Below are positions 51,891 through 62,304 of a stretch of DNA of 64,000 nucleotides, piece after piece. A program made the position numbers and the translations under genes. Numbering within the stretch: position 1 is the stretch's first letter; the number at the start of each line of letters is the position of its first letter. The notes beneath the pieces are model-generated. The model saw nothing but the letters and a program-made list of their open reading frames with translations. It made no database searches and was not told the origin of the DNA. Source of the stretch: Nitrospirota bacterium (lineage in GTDB: Bacteria; Nitrospirota; UBA9217); assembly GCA_963754875.1 (NCBI GenBank), contig CAVWHO010000010.1, forward strand, positions 64,001-128,000, in the 5' to 3' direction.

Positions 51891-53322
51891 ATGAATTTCC
51901 ACATACTCTCACTGGTAATTGAAGAGCTTTCAGCGCTCCTCACCGGCGCACGCGTTGAGCGTGTCATCCAGGGCAAGGAGGGAGGGGTGTATTTGCTGCT
52001 CCGGCGTAATCGAAAGAATTACGCGCTTCTCTTCTCTCCCGATCGTGTTTTACCCCGTATGCATCTGGTGAGTTTAAAGCCGCAATCCGTCGCTACACCT
52101 AACTCCTTTGTCCTTGCGCTGAGAAGCCGTCTGACCGGTTCTCGCGTAAAAACCATATCACAGCTGAACGAGGACCGCATAGCGAGGATTTGCTTTGCAA
52201 CGCCGGCTATGGAACAGTGTCTTGTCTACGAATTAACCGGTATGTCAGCAAATCTCTTCTTGATCGGGGCAGATTGGCGGATTATTGCTGTCTACTATCC
52301 GGTCCGCGCCTACTCAGCCTGCAGCGCGAACATTGTTGCCAGGGGCCTTATACGTCCTGCCTCACAAAAAAGTCACGTTCCCCTCGGGCAGGGACAGACT
52401 GGCAATTCCCGATGCCGATTCGCCGAACAAAGCAACAGAGGCTTTCTATGTCCATTTGGCACAGGAGCGATATCTTGCTGCACTCGGGTCGGAGGTCCGC
52501 TCCTGTATCCGAAAGGCCCTTGCAAAGGCCGAGCGTAAGCGCGATGCGCTCGAATCAGATCTGAGACAGCAGAGCAGGCCGACCAGCTACAGACAGGCGG
52601 GAGATTTGATTCTGGCAAATCTGAAGCTCTTGCACTGGCGGAATGGACCGTGCGGAACTCGACCGGTTACGACGGCCGGACAGTCGTCGTCAATCTTGAT
52701 CCGAAACTTTCTCCGTCAAAGAATGCAGAACATTATTTTAAGAAGTTTAAAAAATCCAAAGCAGGACAACAGATCATTTCGTCGCGTCTCCACGATACGG
52801 CAGAGGAAATAGACTTTTTAAACTCGCTGCTGGACGAAGCGGGGGAAGGCGGACGATGTCCCTCATCTGAAAGCAATCCGCTCTGAACTGTCGGTTCGGG
52901 GATACGCAAAGGAAAAGCCCGCAGCAAAGAGAAAAGCCTCTCGGCCAGGAAGAATGCCGCCGGTCCCAGAACCGTCGTTTGCCGGGGGTGGGAAATTCTT
53001 ATCGGTACCAATGCTTCGTGCAATGATCAAATCACGACCAGGATCGCCCGTCCCGATGACTTCTGGTTCCACGCCGAAGGACTGCCCGGCTCACATGTTC
53101 TCGTGAAGAACCCGATGAAGAAAGAGCTTCCGGCGGATGTTCTGATAAAAGCTGCGGCACTGGCTGCTTATTACAGCAGAGGAAGAAACGCAGACAAGGT
53201 GGCGGTCACGTATACCATCCGCACGGTTTGTAAAAAAGCCGAAGGGCGCAAGGCCCGGGCTCGTCACGATTTCAGAGCGGAAAACGATCATGGTCAGGCC
53301 GTCAGACAGTGTGCCGGGGTGA
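51891..53322 (+). CDS. rqcH: NFACT/RqcH (FbpA) family protein, several indels
   Basis: Q..EDRI, ELTG..ANL, LDPKLSPSKNAEHYFKK.KK, DFWFHA..PGSHV, AALAAYYS across frames. Confidence 0.8.
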
Positions 53323-53412
53323 TTTCCATGCCCCCTGCGCGGAGAGGGTGATTATTCCCTTTACAGATTTTGCAGTTTCGAGTAAAATTCACCAAGTCTC
53401 CGTGAACAGATC

Positions 53413-55347
53413 ATGACAAAAAAAATAATCATTTCACTCCTCATTGCCGCAGTGATATTCGTCGTCACCATCTCCTGCTATTCACTCGGCCTGTTCGAAA
53501 AGCCTGAGTATTACCTTTACGATCTTCAGACCAAGCTTCTGCGCTCCGACAAAGTGTCTGACAGCAAGATCAAAGTCATTCTCATTGATGAGGCCGCGCT
53601 CAAGTCGGTAGCGGACATTGCGGGCAGGTGGCCGTGGCCCCGGGCTATCTGGTCGGACCTTCTCGACTTTCTTACAATAGGCGGCGCGCGAACGGTGCTC
53701 TTCGATCTTCTTTTTCTGGAGCCAGACCGATATAATGAGACAAACGATCAGGCCCTTATTGAGGCAACACGGGCATCGCAAAACGTCTACCATGGCATGA
53801 TGATCATGCGCGAAGAGCCTGACAAGGACCCTAAAAATAATGCTGACCTGAACCGTCCCCTGCCCGGCGATTTTGTGAACCGGTTTGCGCTCAAGAAAGT
53901 CACCGGCAGTCTCCCGGTCAAGCCGGGCGCCGAATATAACGACTTTTCCCTGCCGATCGCCGGACTGGCGGAAGCGTCCAAAGGCGTGAACGTCGTCGAA
54001 TTCACGCCGGACAGTGACGGCGTATACCGGAGGACGAGGCCGCTCAGGGACTACCAGGGCAAGTATTTTCCGGTCCTTGGCCTTGCTCCTTTTGTCGACG
54101 CGGCAAGCACCGTAACCATCAATAACGATTCAATTACGCTCAACGGCCGGACAATACCGATTGATAAAAACGGAAACTGCCTCATCAATATGTACGGCCT
54201 GGACAAGGTGGAAACCTATTCCTTGAGCGGCGTGTTTGCATCACTCCAGAAAATCCGAAAAGGCGAGGTCGAGGACCTTTTGGTGAATCCCGACGTGTTC
54301 AAGGACAGCATCGTGTTCATCGGCGCAAGCGCTGTCGGTACGGCGGACCTTAAGGCCATACCGGCTGCCCCAAGCGCTCCCGGAGTCATGCTGCACGTCT
54401 TTCTGGCGAACAATTATCTCCAGAACGATTTCATGAGGCCGCCCGACAATCGGTTGACGTTCTTTTCAGTGCTTTTCGGCGTGCTCCTCACGACATGGGC
54501 CGTGATGTTTTCCAAACGGTTTATCATCCAAGCCGCTTTTCCCGTGCTCCTGCTTTTGTTGTATATCGGCTATGCGCTGCTTTCGTTTAAATCGAATGTA
54601 CAAGTCGAACTGGTGCCGTTCCTTTTTGCCATGGTTACGACCAGTTTCCTTTCCTTCGGCTATCTGACCTTTACCGAGGCCGTCGAAAAACGACGTGTGT
54701 CGCAGCTGTTCACTCAGTACGTTTCCAAGGATGTCCTGAACGAAGTACTGCACAATTACAAGGAATATATAAAGTCGAGCGCGGGCCAGAAAGTAGAGTT
54801 GACCGTCCTCTTCTCCGATATCCGCGGATTTACGACCATGTCCGAGACCACCCCGCCGGAAAAGATCGTGGAAATGCTGAATGTCCATTTTTCCGTCATG
54901 GCCGATATCATTCTGAAGCACAACGGCACGATCGACAAATACATCGGCGACGCGATCATGGCCTTCTGGGGCGCGCCGGTCAAAATGGATGATCATGCAG
55001 AGCAGTCGGTACTTGCGGCCAAGGAGATGCTCGAAGGGCTCAAGGAGGTCAATAAGACCCTTAAGGACCGGGGCTTCGGCCTGGAATTGAAGATCGGCAT
55101 CGGCATTAATACCGGTGTGGCCACGATCGGAGAAATCGGTTCGGAAAAGAAGAAAAACTATACCATCGTGGGAGACACGGTCAATCTTGCATCGCGGCTC
55201 GAGAGCATCACCAAGGAATACAAGACCCCCCTCATCTTCTCTGAATATACCTATGAAAGGGTCAAAAACCGGATTAACGGCAAACTGCTCGGCAATGTGA
55301 AGGTTAAAGGGAGAGAGCAGCCGGTTGACATTTACACGGTTGAATAA
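53413..55347 (+). CDS. CHASE2-domain class III adenylate cyclase
   Basis: RWPWPR, FDLLF, PDSDGVYRR, PGVMLH, three TM; FSDIRGFT, DKYIGDAIMA, GDTVNLASRLE, VKGR. Confidence 0.93.
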   Translation: MTKKIIISLLIAAVIFVVTISCYSLGLFEKPEYYLYDLQTKLLRSDKVSDSKIKVILIDEAALKSVADIAGRWPWPRAIWSDLLDFLTIGGARTVLFDLLFLEPDRYNETNDQALIEATRASQNVYHGMMIMREEPDKDPKNNADLNRPLPGDFVNRFALKKVTGSLPVKPGAEYNDFSLPIAGLAEASKGVNVVEFTPDSDGVYRRTRPLRDYQGKYFPVLGLAPFVDAASTVTINNDSITLNGRTIPIDKNGNCLINMYGLDKVETYSLSGVFASLQKIRKGEVEDLLVNPDVFKDSIVFIGASAVGTADLKAIPAAPSAPGVMLHVFLANNYLQNDFMRPPDNRLTFFSVLFGVLLTTWAVMFSKRFIIQAAFPVLLLLLYIGYALLSFKSNVQVELVPFLFAMVTTSFLSFGYLTFTEAVEKRRVSQLFTQYVSKDVLNEVLHNYKEYIKSSAGQKVELTVLFSDIRGFTTMSETTPPEKIVEMLNVHFSVMADIILKHNGTIDKYIGDAIMAFWGAPVKMDDHAEQSVLAAKEMLEGLKEVNKTLKDRGFGLELKIGIGINTGVATIGEIGSEKKKNYTIVGDTVNLASRLESITKEYKTPLIFSEYTYERVKNRINGKLLGNVKVKGREQPVDIYTVE

Positions 55348-55485
55348 GGGAAGCTGTTTCGAAAAATGAAAAAAGAGCGGTCAGATGTCAGACCAGGCAG
55401 ACAATCGGGCCGAGTTGTCATGTCCCGTCTGTCGGCTGTGAGAGCGACAGGTCTGTACACTGACGTCGTTATCAGGAGGTGTGTT

Positions 55486-55974
55486 ATGAAAAGAATACTT
55501 ATGCCGGTTCTATTGCTCATGGCTTCGCTGTCTCTCACCTCAGCGGTCTATGCCCAGGGCGAGTATTATGTGCAGAGCGTGAAAGCCAAAGTGATGTCCG
55601 CTACTTCTTTTAAGGCGTCGGTACTAGGAGAGGTAGGAAAAGGTTTTAAGTTCGTCTCCTCGGGCAAGAAAGGCGCTTGGGTCAAGGTAAAATACAAAGA
55701 TAAGGCCGGCTACGTGTCGTCCTTCCTTCTCGCCACCCACCCGCCCTTTGAGAGGACGGGACTGATCAGAGGCGATGAAAGCGATATCAAACGGGGCGTC
55801 CGCAGACGCGCGTCGTCGTACACCAGCGCTGCCGCGGCCCGGGGCCTTGCATCAGACGACCGGCGACGGCTTAGTAAGGAGGAAAAGGCGGACTACGATT
55901 CACTCGACAAAATAGAATCTTTCAAAGTCACCGCGGACGAGCTTAGCCGGTTCATGGAGGGAACCACACTATGA
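55486..55974 (+). CDS. Exported SH3-domain protein
   Basis: AGGAGGT RBS, signal peptide, W.KV......GYV SH3b pattern, RRRASSYTSAAAARGL tail. Confidence 0.75.
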   Translation: MKRILMPVLLLMASLSLTSAVYAQGEYYVQSVKAKVMSATSFKASVLGEVGKGFKFVSSGKKGAWVKVKYKDKAGYVSSFLLATHPPFERTGLIRGDESDIKRGVRRRASSYTSAAAARGLASDDRRRLSKEEKADYDSLDKIESFKVTADELSRFMEGTTL

Positions 55975-56819
55975 AAAAATGGATCACTTTCCCACTAGCG
56001 CTGGTCCTCGCAATCGGTTTAGTATCTCCGCTCACTCTTTCTGCGGCTGAATCTGATACGAAGTTCAGACAGCGGGTATCGGCAAACGAGGAGATCATTA
56101 CATCGGACATAGCCGAAGAGGTACGGTTCGGGCGGGAAGTCGCGGCGCGGATTATCGCCCGGTTCGGGATGTATAACGACCCAAAGCTGATGAAATATGT
56201 AAATCTCGTCGGGAACGTGCTGGCCATGAACACGAGCCGGCCGGAAATTGAATTCCATTTTGCCATATTGAATACCGATGAGATCAACGGGTATGCGGCG
56301 CCAGGCGGGTATATCTTTGTTACGCGCGGGGCGCTTGCAAAGATGCAGGACGAGTCCGAGCTTGCCGGTGTGCTTGCCCATGAGATAGGACATGTGGTCG
56401 AAAAGCATGCGGTCAAAGAACTGAACATCAGGGGACAGGACACATCGTCGGTGTCCGGCCTCGCAATGCTCATCGGCGGCAGCTCCGAATCGGCGCGCCT
56501 GGCGTTCTCTCAAGCCGTTGACAAGGCACTGGACCTGTTGTTTAAGGATGGATACAAACGCGAGGATGAGATGCAGGCGGACAGGGATGCGGTCCATTTT
56601 TGCGCTTTTTCCGGATACGCTCCTACCGGCTTGGTGCGATATTTCGAGCGAATAAGTACGATAAAAGGGAAACAAACTGAAATATTAGACAAAACACATC
56701 CCTCTTTTAACGACCGTATCGCATGGATTAACTCGACGATAAAAGAAGAGGGGATCGATTCGGGCAAGTATAAAACAGCCAAGGATAGGTTCGCAGCAAA
56801 CATCAAGCTGCTGCAATAG
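55971..56819 (+). CDS. Exported M48 family zinc metallopeptidase
   Basis: NGYAAPGGYIFV, LAHEIGH, EMQAD, THP; ATGA overlap with SH3 gene. Confidence 0.9.
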   Translation: MKKWITFPLALVLAIGLVSPLTLSAAESDTKFRQRVSANEEIITSDIAEEVRFGREVAARIIARFGMYNDPKLMKYVNLVGNVLAMNTSRPEIEFHFAILNTDEINGYAAPGGYIFVTRGALAKMQDESELAGVLAHEIGHVVEKHAVKELNIRGQDTSSVSGLAMLIGGSSESARLAFSQAVDKALDLLFKDGYKREDEMQADRDAVHFCAFSGYAPTGLVRYFERISTIKGKQTEILDKTHPSFNDRIAWINSTIKEEGIDSGKYKTAKDRFAANIKLLQ

Positions 56820-56892
56820 GGGAACACTGAGAAAAAAACTGCATGAGTTTACGTCACTCTTATGTTGCACAGCAGCGGGTAATAACGGCATT

Positions 56893-56925
56893 TCGGCAGC
56901 CTCCAGGGAGGCCGCCGATTTTTTT
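56893..56925 (+). terminator. Intrinsic terminator after the cyclase-SH3-M48 operon
   Basis: TCGGCAGCCTCC-AG-GGAGGCCGCCGA followed by T-run. Confidence 0.65.
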
Positions 56926-56958
56926 GCGCCCAAGAGATATCTTGCGCCCAGGAGATAT
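56924..56958. repeat. Tandem direct repeat, 18-bp period
   Basis: TTGCGCCCAAGAGATAT-c-TTGCGCCCAGGAGATAT, one mismatch. Confidence 0.8.
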
Positions 56959-57030
56959 TTTTAACCTTGCAATTTCTGGGGAATTATACTATTCTTTGCC
57001 ATTAATAATTAAGTAGGCAGGAGGTTAGAA

Positions 57031-58362
57031 ATGAATAAAGGTTTTATTTCTCTGGCAGTCTTCTTTGTCATGCTTTCCTGCATGGCGGCCACCGCCGCAG
57101 CTGATGAACTTCATTATACTAATCTTCTTATCGGCGACCGCGCTTCGGGCATGGGAGGCGCGTATACCGCAATCTCCGACGATGCGACCGGTCTCTACTA
57201 CAACCCGGCAGGTATTGCCTACGCGGCCGGCAGGAACTTTTCGGCCAGTGTCAATGCCTATTATAGCAATGAGAAAACGTACAAGGGCGTCATCGGGGGC
57301 AACGGCTGGACGAGGAGATCATCGTCGCTCCTGCCGAATTATTTCGGTGTGGTCCAGCCGGTAGGAAAATTCAAAGTGGGCATTTCTTATGCAGTTCCCG
57401 ACTCTAGCATGGAGGACCAGCAGCAGACATTCACGGGCATCCCGCTCAGTACCTCTATCCAACCATTTAACCCGGGGGTGACCATATCATCGTATACTAT
57501 TAATTTTAATAACGAGAACAATATCTATAACTTTGGTCCCTCCATAGCACTGGAACTGTCTGACAATTTTTCCGTGGGCCTCACGCTCTATTATTATCAA
57601 AAAACGCAGCGCTGGATTCTGAACCAGCTTATTACAACAACGAACGGCGGATATGAATTAACAAATCAGTATTATCATACTAATGAATGGGGTGCTCGCC
57701 CAGTACTTGGGTTCATGTGGTCGCCCATGAATACCGTATCCGTTGGAATGTCACTGTCGAAGATTTTTGTCGAAGGATCCGATACCAATTTTCTCAGCAC
57801 TTACATTCGCAGAGGAATCGGAGCAATCGATGATCCTTCCACTAATGTGGTCAACTATGACGTGGCGTCTATTCCCAGCGGCGCATCCGGCACGAGTGCG
57901 AAGAGGGAATACCCGACCCAGGTGAGCCTCGGCTTAGCCTGGTTCCCGACGCAGAGTCTTCTCCTCTCAGGCGATATTAATTATTTTACTAAGGTCAATG
58001 AGCAGGACGTCACGGTGAATGGCCAATCGTTTGCTTTACGTCAGCTTGCCGAGCCTGTTACGAATGTTGCTCTCGGAACGGAATATTATTTCACCAAAAA
58101 CTGGGCACTGAGGGCGGGTTTCTTTACGGATAAGGCAAACACACCGAATATTGAATCAGGCGGTGTGAATCAGTCTGAACATATCGACCTCTACGGCGGT
58201 ACGTTGAGCATCAGCAACTTTACACGCAACACGTCGGTAACACTCGGCGGAGGGATAACTGACGGCACGGGAAAAGCACAGATCGTCGGCAACAGCACGA
58301 ATATCCAGGATACTGTTTCCAAAGGATGGACCTTATTCCTTTCTTCGTCATACTCTTATTAA
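57031..58362 (+). CDS. Outer-membrane beta-barrel, FadL/OmpP1-like
   Basis: Signal peptide, GDRASGMGGAYTAISDDATGLYYNPAG, alternating beta strands, terminal YSY. Confidence 0.85.
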   Translation: MNKGFISLAVFFVMLSCMAATAAADELHYTNLLIGDRASGMGGAYTAISDDATGLYYNPAGIAYAAGRNFSASVNAYYSNEKTYKGVIGGNGWTRRSSSLLPNYFGVVQPVGKFKVGISYAVPDSSMEDQQQTFTGIPLSTSIQPFNPGVTISSYTINFNNENNIYNFGPSIALELSDNFSVGLTLYYYQKTQRWILNQLITTTNGGYELTNQYYHTNEWGARPVLGFMWSPMNTVSVGMSLSKIFVEGSDTNFLSTYIRRGIGAIDDPSTNVVNYDVASIPSGASGTSAKREYPTQVSLGLAWFPTQSLLLSGDINYFTKVNEQDVTVNGQSFALRQLAEPVTNVALGTEYYFTKNWALRAGFFTDKANTPNIESGGVNQSEHIDLYGGTLSISNFTRNTSVTLGGGITDGTGKAQIVGNSTNIQDTVSKGWTLFLSSSYSY

Positions 58363-58391
58363 TCGGCTTAAGGATCTTTCATCACTGCCTT

Positions 58392-58419
58392 ACCCGCCTT
58401 CCTGAAAAAGAAGGCGGGT
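58392..58419 (+). terminator. Terminator-like hairpin
   Basis: ACCCGCCTTC-ctgaaaaa-GAAGGCGGGT perfect 10-bp stem. Confidence 0.6.
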
Positions 58420-58529
58420 GTAAGACTCCTCGAAATACCTACCCTTAAAATACCCCATCGAGGTCATTTACTTGTCCGCCAAAACGTCGTATGATGTCCC
58501 ACTTGGCAGTATCTATTGCCTTTCCTAAA

Positions 58530-58549
58530 GTGAATAGTACCTTGACTTT
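58530..58549 (+). repeat. 20-bp upstream motif, copy 1
   Basis: GTGAATAGTACCTTGACTTT identical to 60851-60870. Confidence 0.85.
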
Positions 58550-58578
58550 GTACGGTCAAACAAATGTCCTCGTGCAAG

Positions 58579-58607
58579 TTGAACAACATCGAGAATTTTT
58601 TTATAAT
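58579..58607 (+). promoter_or_regulatory. Sigma70 promoter of M6 protease gene
   Basis: TTGAAC-17 bp-TATAAT. Confidence 0.6.
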
Positions 58608-58678
58608 CGGTGCGAAGTGCAGACCGCTGCCACGAACATCGTAAATATGCATGCTGATTGCATGCAGAGGTGTTTATC

Positions 58679-60826
58679 TTGAAAAGATATATCCTTTTAT
58701 TCTTCTCATTTTTTTTGTTTACTCCGCAAATCTTCGCCGCGCCCGCACTGAATAAATCTATACCCGAGCCACCGGAACGTCCCGGGAAAACATTACAACA
58801 GCGTTTTGTGCCGGGCTTGCCTGCCGGCACGATGCTTGCCCCGGCCTCCTATACGACGCCGCAGACGGTAAGAATTCTTTTTCTCCGGGTAGAGTTTCAG
58901 CCGGACCAGGACCCGGCGTCTGCAGGAAGCGGGTTGTGGCTCGACCCTCTTTACTCAATGGGCACAGGCACACCGACAGATGCTGCCAATCTCGATGATC
59001 CTTCGAATTTCTGGGTCAAGAGGGCACAAGCCAAGTTTGTCGATTATTACAAGGAGGTTTCCTACGGCCTTTTGAATATTACCGTAGATATTTCACCAAA
59101 AGTCTATCAGCTGCCTAATATTATGGCCTATTATGCCGGTTCAACGAACCAATCACTGGAGAATCTGATCTACGACAGTATTACTACGGCATCGAGCGAC
59201 ACGAACCCGGCGACGAAGCCGGATTTCAGTCTTTATGACGCTGTGCTTATTCAGCACGCCGGAGTAGGGCAGGAATCGGACGTCCTCGGGGTCATGCAGG
59301 ATGATATCTGGTCCCTGTATTACCCCCCTAGCGGCGCGGGCGGTATCTGTAAAAATGCCTCAACCTCAGGACCTTGTCTCTCAACAATCGTAAAGGACGG
59401 CGCAGGCACAAAAGTCATCGATGAGGCCATCATTATGCCCCAGACCGATTCGCGAACGGTACCCGCACCGGGCATCATTGTCGACCCGCTGGGCGTCTAT
59501 GTGCACGAGTTCGGTCACTGGCTCGGCCTGCCTGATCTCTACTGCACGGCAACGTTCTGCTTGCTCGATGGTGTAGGCAAATGGAGCCTCATGTCAGACG
59601 GCATATACAATTATGATCCGAACGATCCGACGACGCAGACCGTCATCTCGTCGGCAACGTCGAGTACCACCCTGTATTGGCATGGCAGCTCTCCGGCGCA
59701 TTTGGACGCATGGAGTTTAACATACCTCGGATGGGTCAATCCGCAGACAGTAACGAGTTACCAGCCTGGTTTGGTCCTGGACCCCGTAGAGTCCGTGCCT
59801 GCTCCGATTGTTGCTGCCGCAGGAACGAATATAATCAAGGCGCAGGCCTCGACGGCAACGGCCAGCCAGTATTTCCTGATCGAGAACCGCCAGCAGATCG
59901 GGTATGATGCGGGACTGCCCGGTCATGGTCTTTTGGTTTGGCTTGTCGATCAGGATGTTATCAACGCAAATTTTCCAAGCAATACCATTAATAATAATCG
60001 CGTGCAGCCGGGGTTGAAGCTTATTGAAGCGGACGGCGATTGGTCGCTTCTTTTACCGTATGGTGCTTCCGGTGCCGACATAGGGACCGCCGGCGATCCT
60101 TTTCCCGGTTCGACGAACAATACGAATCTTACGCCCATGACCGATCCTTCATCCATGCCTTATTCGAACTACGGCTGGGTGAACATAAGAAATATCGCCG
60201 AGTCGCCGATATCCAACATTACCGCTACCGTGGTCAGCTTTGATATGGGCTTCGGACCGAATCCTCCGGTAAATCCGAGCATTGTTAATTCGAATTCTCT
60301 GACGTGGTCCCCGAGTGCCGGCGCGGCAGCGTATAATATTTATAAAAACGGTTCCGCCTCGCCAATTATAAACATTCCGGCAACTGGTTCTTCAGCCAGT
60401 TATACAGACGGCTCGATGCAACCTTCCGATACCTACGAGATAACGGCAATCGATGTAAATGGCAACGAGTCCCAGGCGATAACAGTTATGGCGCCCGCTG
60501 CTGACAGCGGGGGGGGCAGCAGCCATTTCTGCTTCATTGCAACTGCCGCATACGGGTCCTATCTTGACCCGCACGTAGAAGTACTTCGGAATTTCCGGGA
60601 CCGTTATCTTTTGACAAACGCAGCGGGAAGAGTGTTTGTCACGTTTTATTACCGCCATTCACCTCCGCTTGCAGATTATATCAGCAGGCACGAAACCATG
60701 AGAGCCATAACGCGATGGGCGCTCACCCCCTTCGTTTTTATGGTGCAGTATCCGCTTATTTTTCTTCTATTATTTACTGTCATACTTGTGATATTAATCA
60801 CCGCAAGAAGAGCGAAAGCGTGGTAA
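58679..60826 (+). CDS. Secreted M6 (immune inhibitor A-like) metalloprotease with FN3-like domain and CFI-box-CTERM
   Basis: Signal peptide, [36 protein letters not shown]...LRNFRD..L...GR.FV.FYY..SP plus TM and basic tail. Confidence 0.88.
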   Translation: MKRYILLFFSFFLFTPQIFAAPALNKSIPEPPERPGKTLQQRFVPGLPAGTMLAPASYTTPQTVRILFLRVEFQPDQDPASAGSGLWLDPLYSMGTGTPTDAANLDDPSNFWVKRAQAKFVDYYKEVSYGLLNITVDISPKVYQLPNIMAYYAGSTNQSLENLIYDSITTASSDTNPATKPDFSLYDAVLIQHAGVGQESDVLGVMQDDIWSLYYPPSGAGGICKNASTSGPCLSTIVKDGAGTKVIDEAIIMPQTDSRTVPAPGIIVDPLGVYVHEFGHWLGLPDLYCTATFCLLDGVGKWSLMSDGIYNYDPNDPTTQTVISSATSSTTLYWHGSSPAHLDAWSLTYLGWVNPQTVTSYQPGLVLDPVESVPAPIVAAAGTNIIKAQASTATASQYFLIENRQQIGYDAGLPGHGLLVWLVDQDVINANFPSNTINNNRVQPGLKLIEADGDWSLLLPYGASGADIGTAGDPFPGSTNNTNLTPMTDPSSMPYSNYGWVNIRNIAESPISNITATVVSFDMGFGPNPPVNPSIVNSNSLTWSPSAGAAAYNIYKNGSASPIINIPATGSSASYTDGSMQPSDTYEITAIDVNGNESQAITVMAPAADSGGGSSHFCFIATAAYGSYLDPHVEVLRNFRDRYLLTNAAGRVFVTFYYRHSPPLADYISRHETMRAITRWALTPFVFMVQYPLIFLLLFTVILVILITARRAKAW

Positions 60827-60850
60827 GTGTTTTCATTAGTCGTTTCCTTG

Positions 60851-60870
60851 GTGAATAGTACCTTGACTTT
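60851..60870 (+). repeat. 20-bp upstream motif, copy 2 (contains TTGACT -35 candidate)
   Basis: Exact copy of 58530-58549; TTGACT-17 bp-TAAGCT here. Confidence 0.85.
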
Positions 60871-61105
60871 ATTTGCGTTAGGATATAAGCTATGCATACT
60901 TTGCACATTATTGCAGACTGCACGGAAACTGGTGAGGATTCTACAAATTAATCTGTTTATCCTGTAGTCTTATTTTCTCCGGTTACGTTTAAGCGGCGTG
61001 AGATGCATATTCGTAAAAGGAGGTGAAACAAACTTTACTTTCGTTGCGCAGAAGGCATCGTGTTTCTCTCTGTCATGACTATATAATATAAAAAAGGAGG
61101 GCTCT

Positions 61106-62293
61106 ATGAAAAGATTAGGATTGTTTGCATTAGTAATTGTACTGTTTCTTGGACTTTCAATATTCTTTGCAGCATGCAGTGGCGGTGGCGGCGGAAGCAG
61201 CCCTGCGCCAGGCGGCGGCGTTACGTCGCTCAGCACAACCACGCAGGGTGCACAGTCTGCTTCGGCGAGCGTAACGTCTGCACTTAACGTTGCAAGCACC
61301 GGTGTCCAGCTTTCGAATATAGCGTCTACAGGTGGCAGTTTAGCCGTGCCGCGCTTTAACGCTTTTGCAGGGGCCAACACGAAAACAACAGCAGTGAGCA
61401 AATTTGCAGCTCGCTTTAGCCCTGTTGTGAGGAAAGCACGTGCGATGAGGGCGTCTGCCACAGGATACCCGATGGCGATTTCGTGCGATAGCCGTATCAC
61501 TGGAACGGTTGCGCCTCTGTCGCCCGACAGCACTACCATCGATGTGGACACGACCGGCAGTAACTTTACAATCACATTTACGCAGTGCCAGGACACGTCC
61601 ACCAACACCTTGACGGACGGCGTAATGGCGATCGCGGGAACTGGCACTTCAGGCACGTTTACGCTCGGTTCAGCAAGCAGACTCTTTACCGTAACGGACT
61701 ACTCGCCATCGGCCCCGACTGCGGCTATCGCTAAATCCCAAGCCAACGTAACCATGTCAGTTGCTTCAACAGGAATCTCTGCAACAGGATCGTTTGAGGA
61801 ATGGGACTATGTTGCTCATACCCATGATCTCGGAACGTTGACAAATTTTTCTGTCACTGCGGCATCAACGACCACGACAATCAACAGTACAAGCTATAAT
61901 GTCGATACCTTGACCGTTGGTGGTTCTGAATCGGCAACCACCTATGTGTCGGATACCGATTCGACAATCAATTACAACGAAACTGCCGGCTTTACGAATT
62001 TTTCCGTTGCCTACAAAACACCTGCTTCAGGTACGGGCAATGAATATCTCAGCATTAACGGCGCATTCAGCTCTTCAACCACGCCAGCTAAGTGTATCGA
62101 TGGTACATTCTCGATTGTCACGAATACCGATATAGAGATCGACCCCTATGGCGTGACTCAAGCAGGACAAGTGACCATCAATTCGAACGTGGTCGCAACC
62201 TTCCAGGCCAACGGTGCAGTATCTGTTTCGGTTAACGGTGGGGCTGCACAGATCTACACAGAAGCACAATTAAATTCAGTATGCGCGTTGTAA
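61106..62293 (+). CDS. Ser/Thr-rich beta-strand lipoprotein
   Basis: AAGGAGG RBS, lipobox FAAC followed by Gly/Ser linker. Confidence 0.8.
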   Translation: MKRLGLFALVIVLFLGLSIFFAACSGGGGGSSPAPGGGVTSLSTTTQGAQSASASVTSALNVASTGVQLSNIASTGGSLAVPRFNAFAGANTKTTAVSKFAARFSPVVRKARAMRASATGYPMAISCDSRITGTVAPLSPDSTTIDVDTTGSNFTITFTQCQDTSTNTLTDGVMAIAGTGTSGTFTLGSASRLFTVTDYSPSAPTAAIAKSQANVTMSVASTGISATGSFEEWDYVAHTHDLGTLTNFSVTAASTTTTINSTSYNVDTLTVGGSESATTYVSDTDSTINYNETAGFTNFSVAYKTPASGTGNEYLSINGAFSSSTTPAKCIDGTFSIVTNTDIEIDPYGVTQAGQVTINSNVVATFQANGAVSVSVNGGAAQIYTEAQLNSVCAL

Positions 62294-62304
62294 CTAGATG
62301 CGGC

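Noticed and set aside
61015..61090. Perfect AAGGAGGTGA in the lipoprotein leader suggesting a small ORF
   Set aside because: No suitably spaced start codon; the only GTG overlaps the motif.
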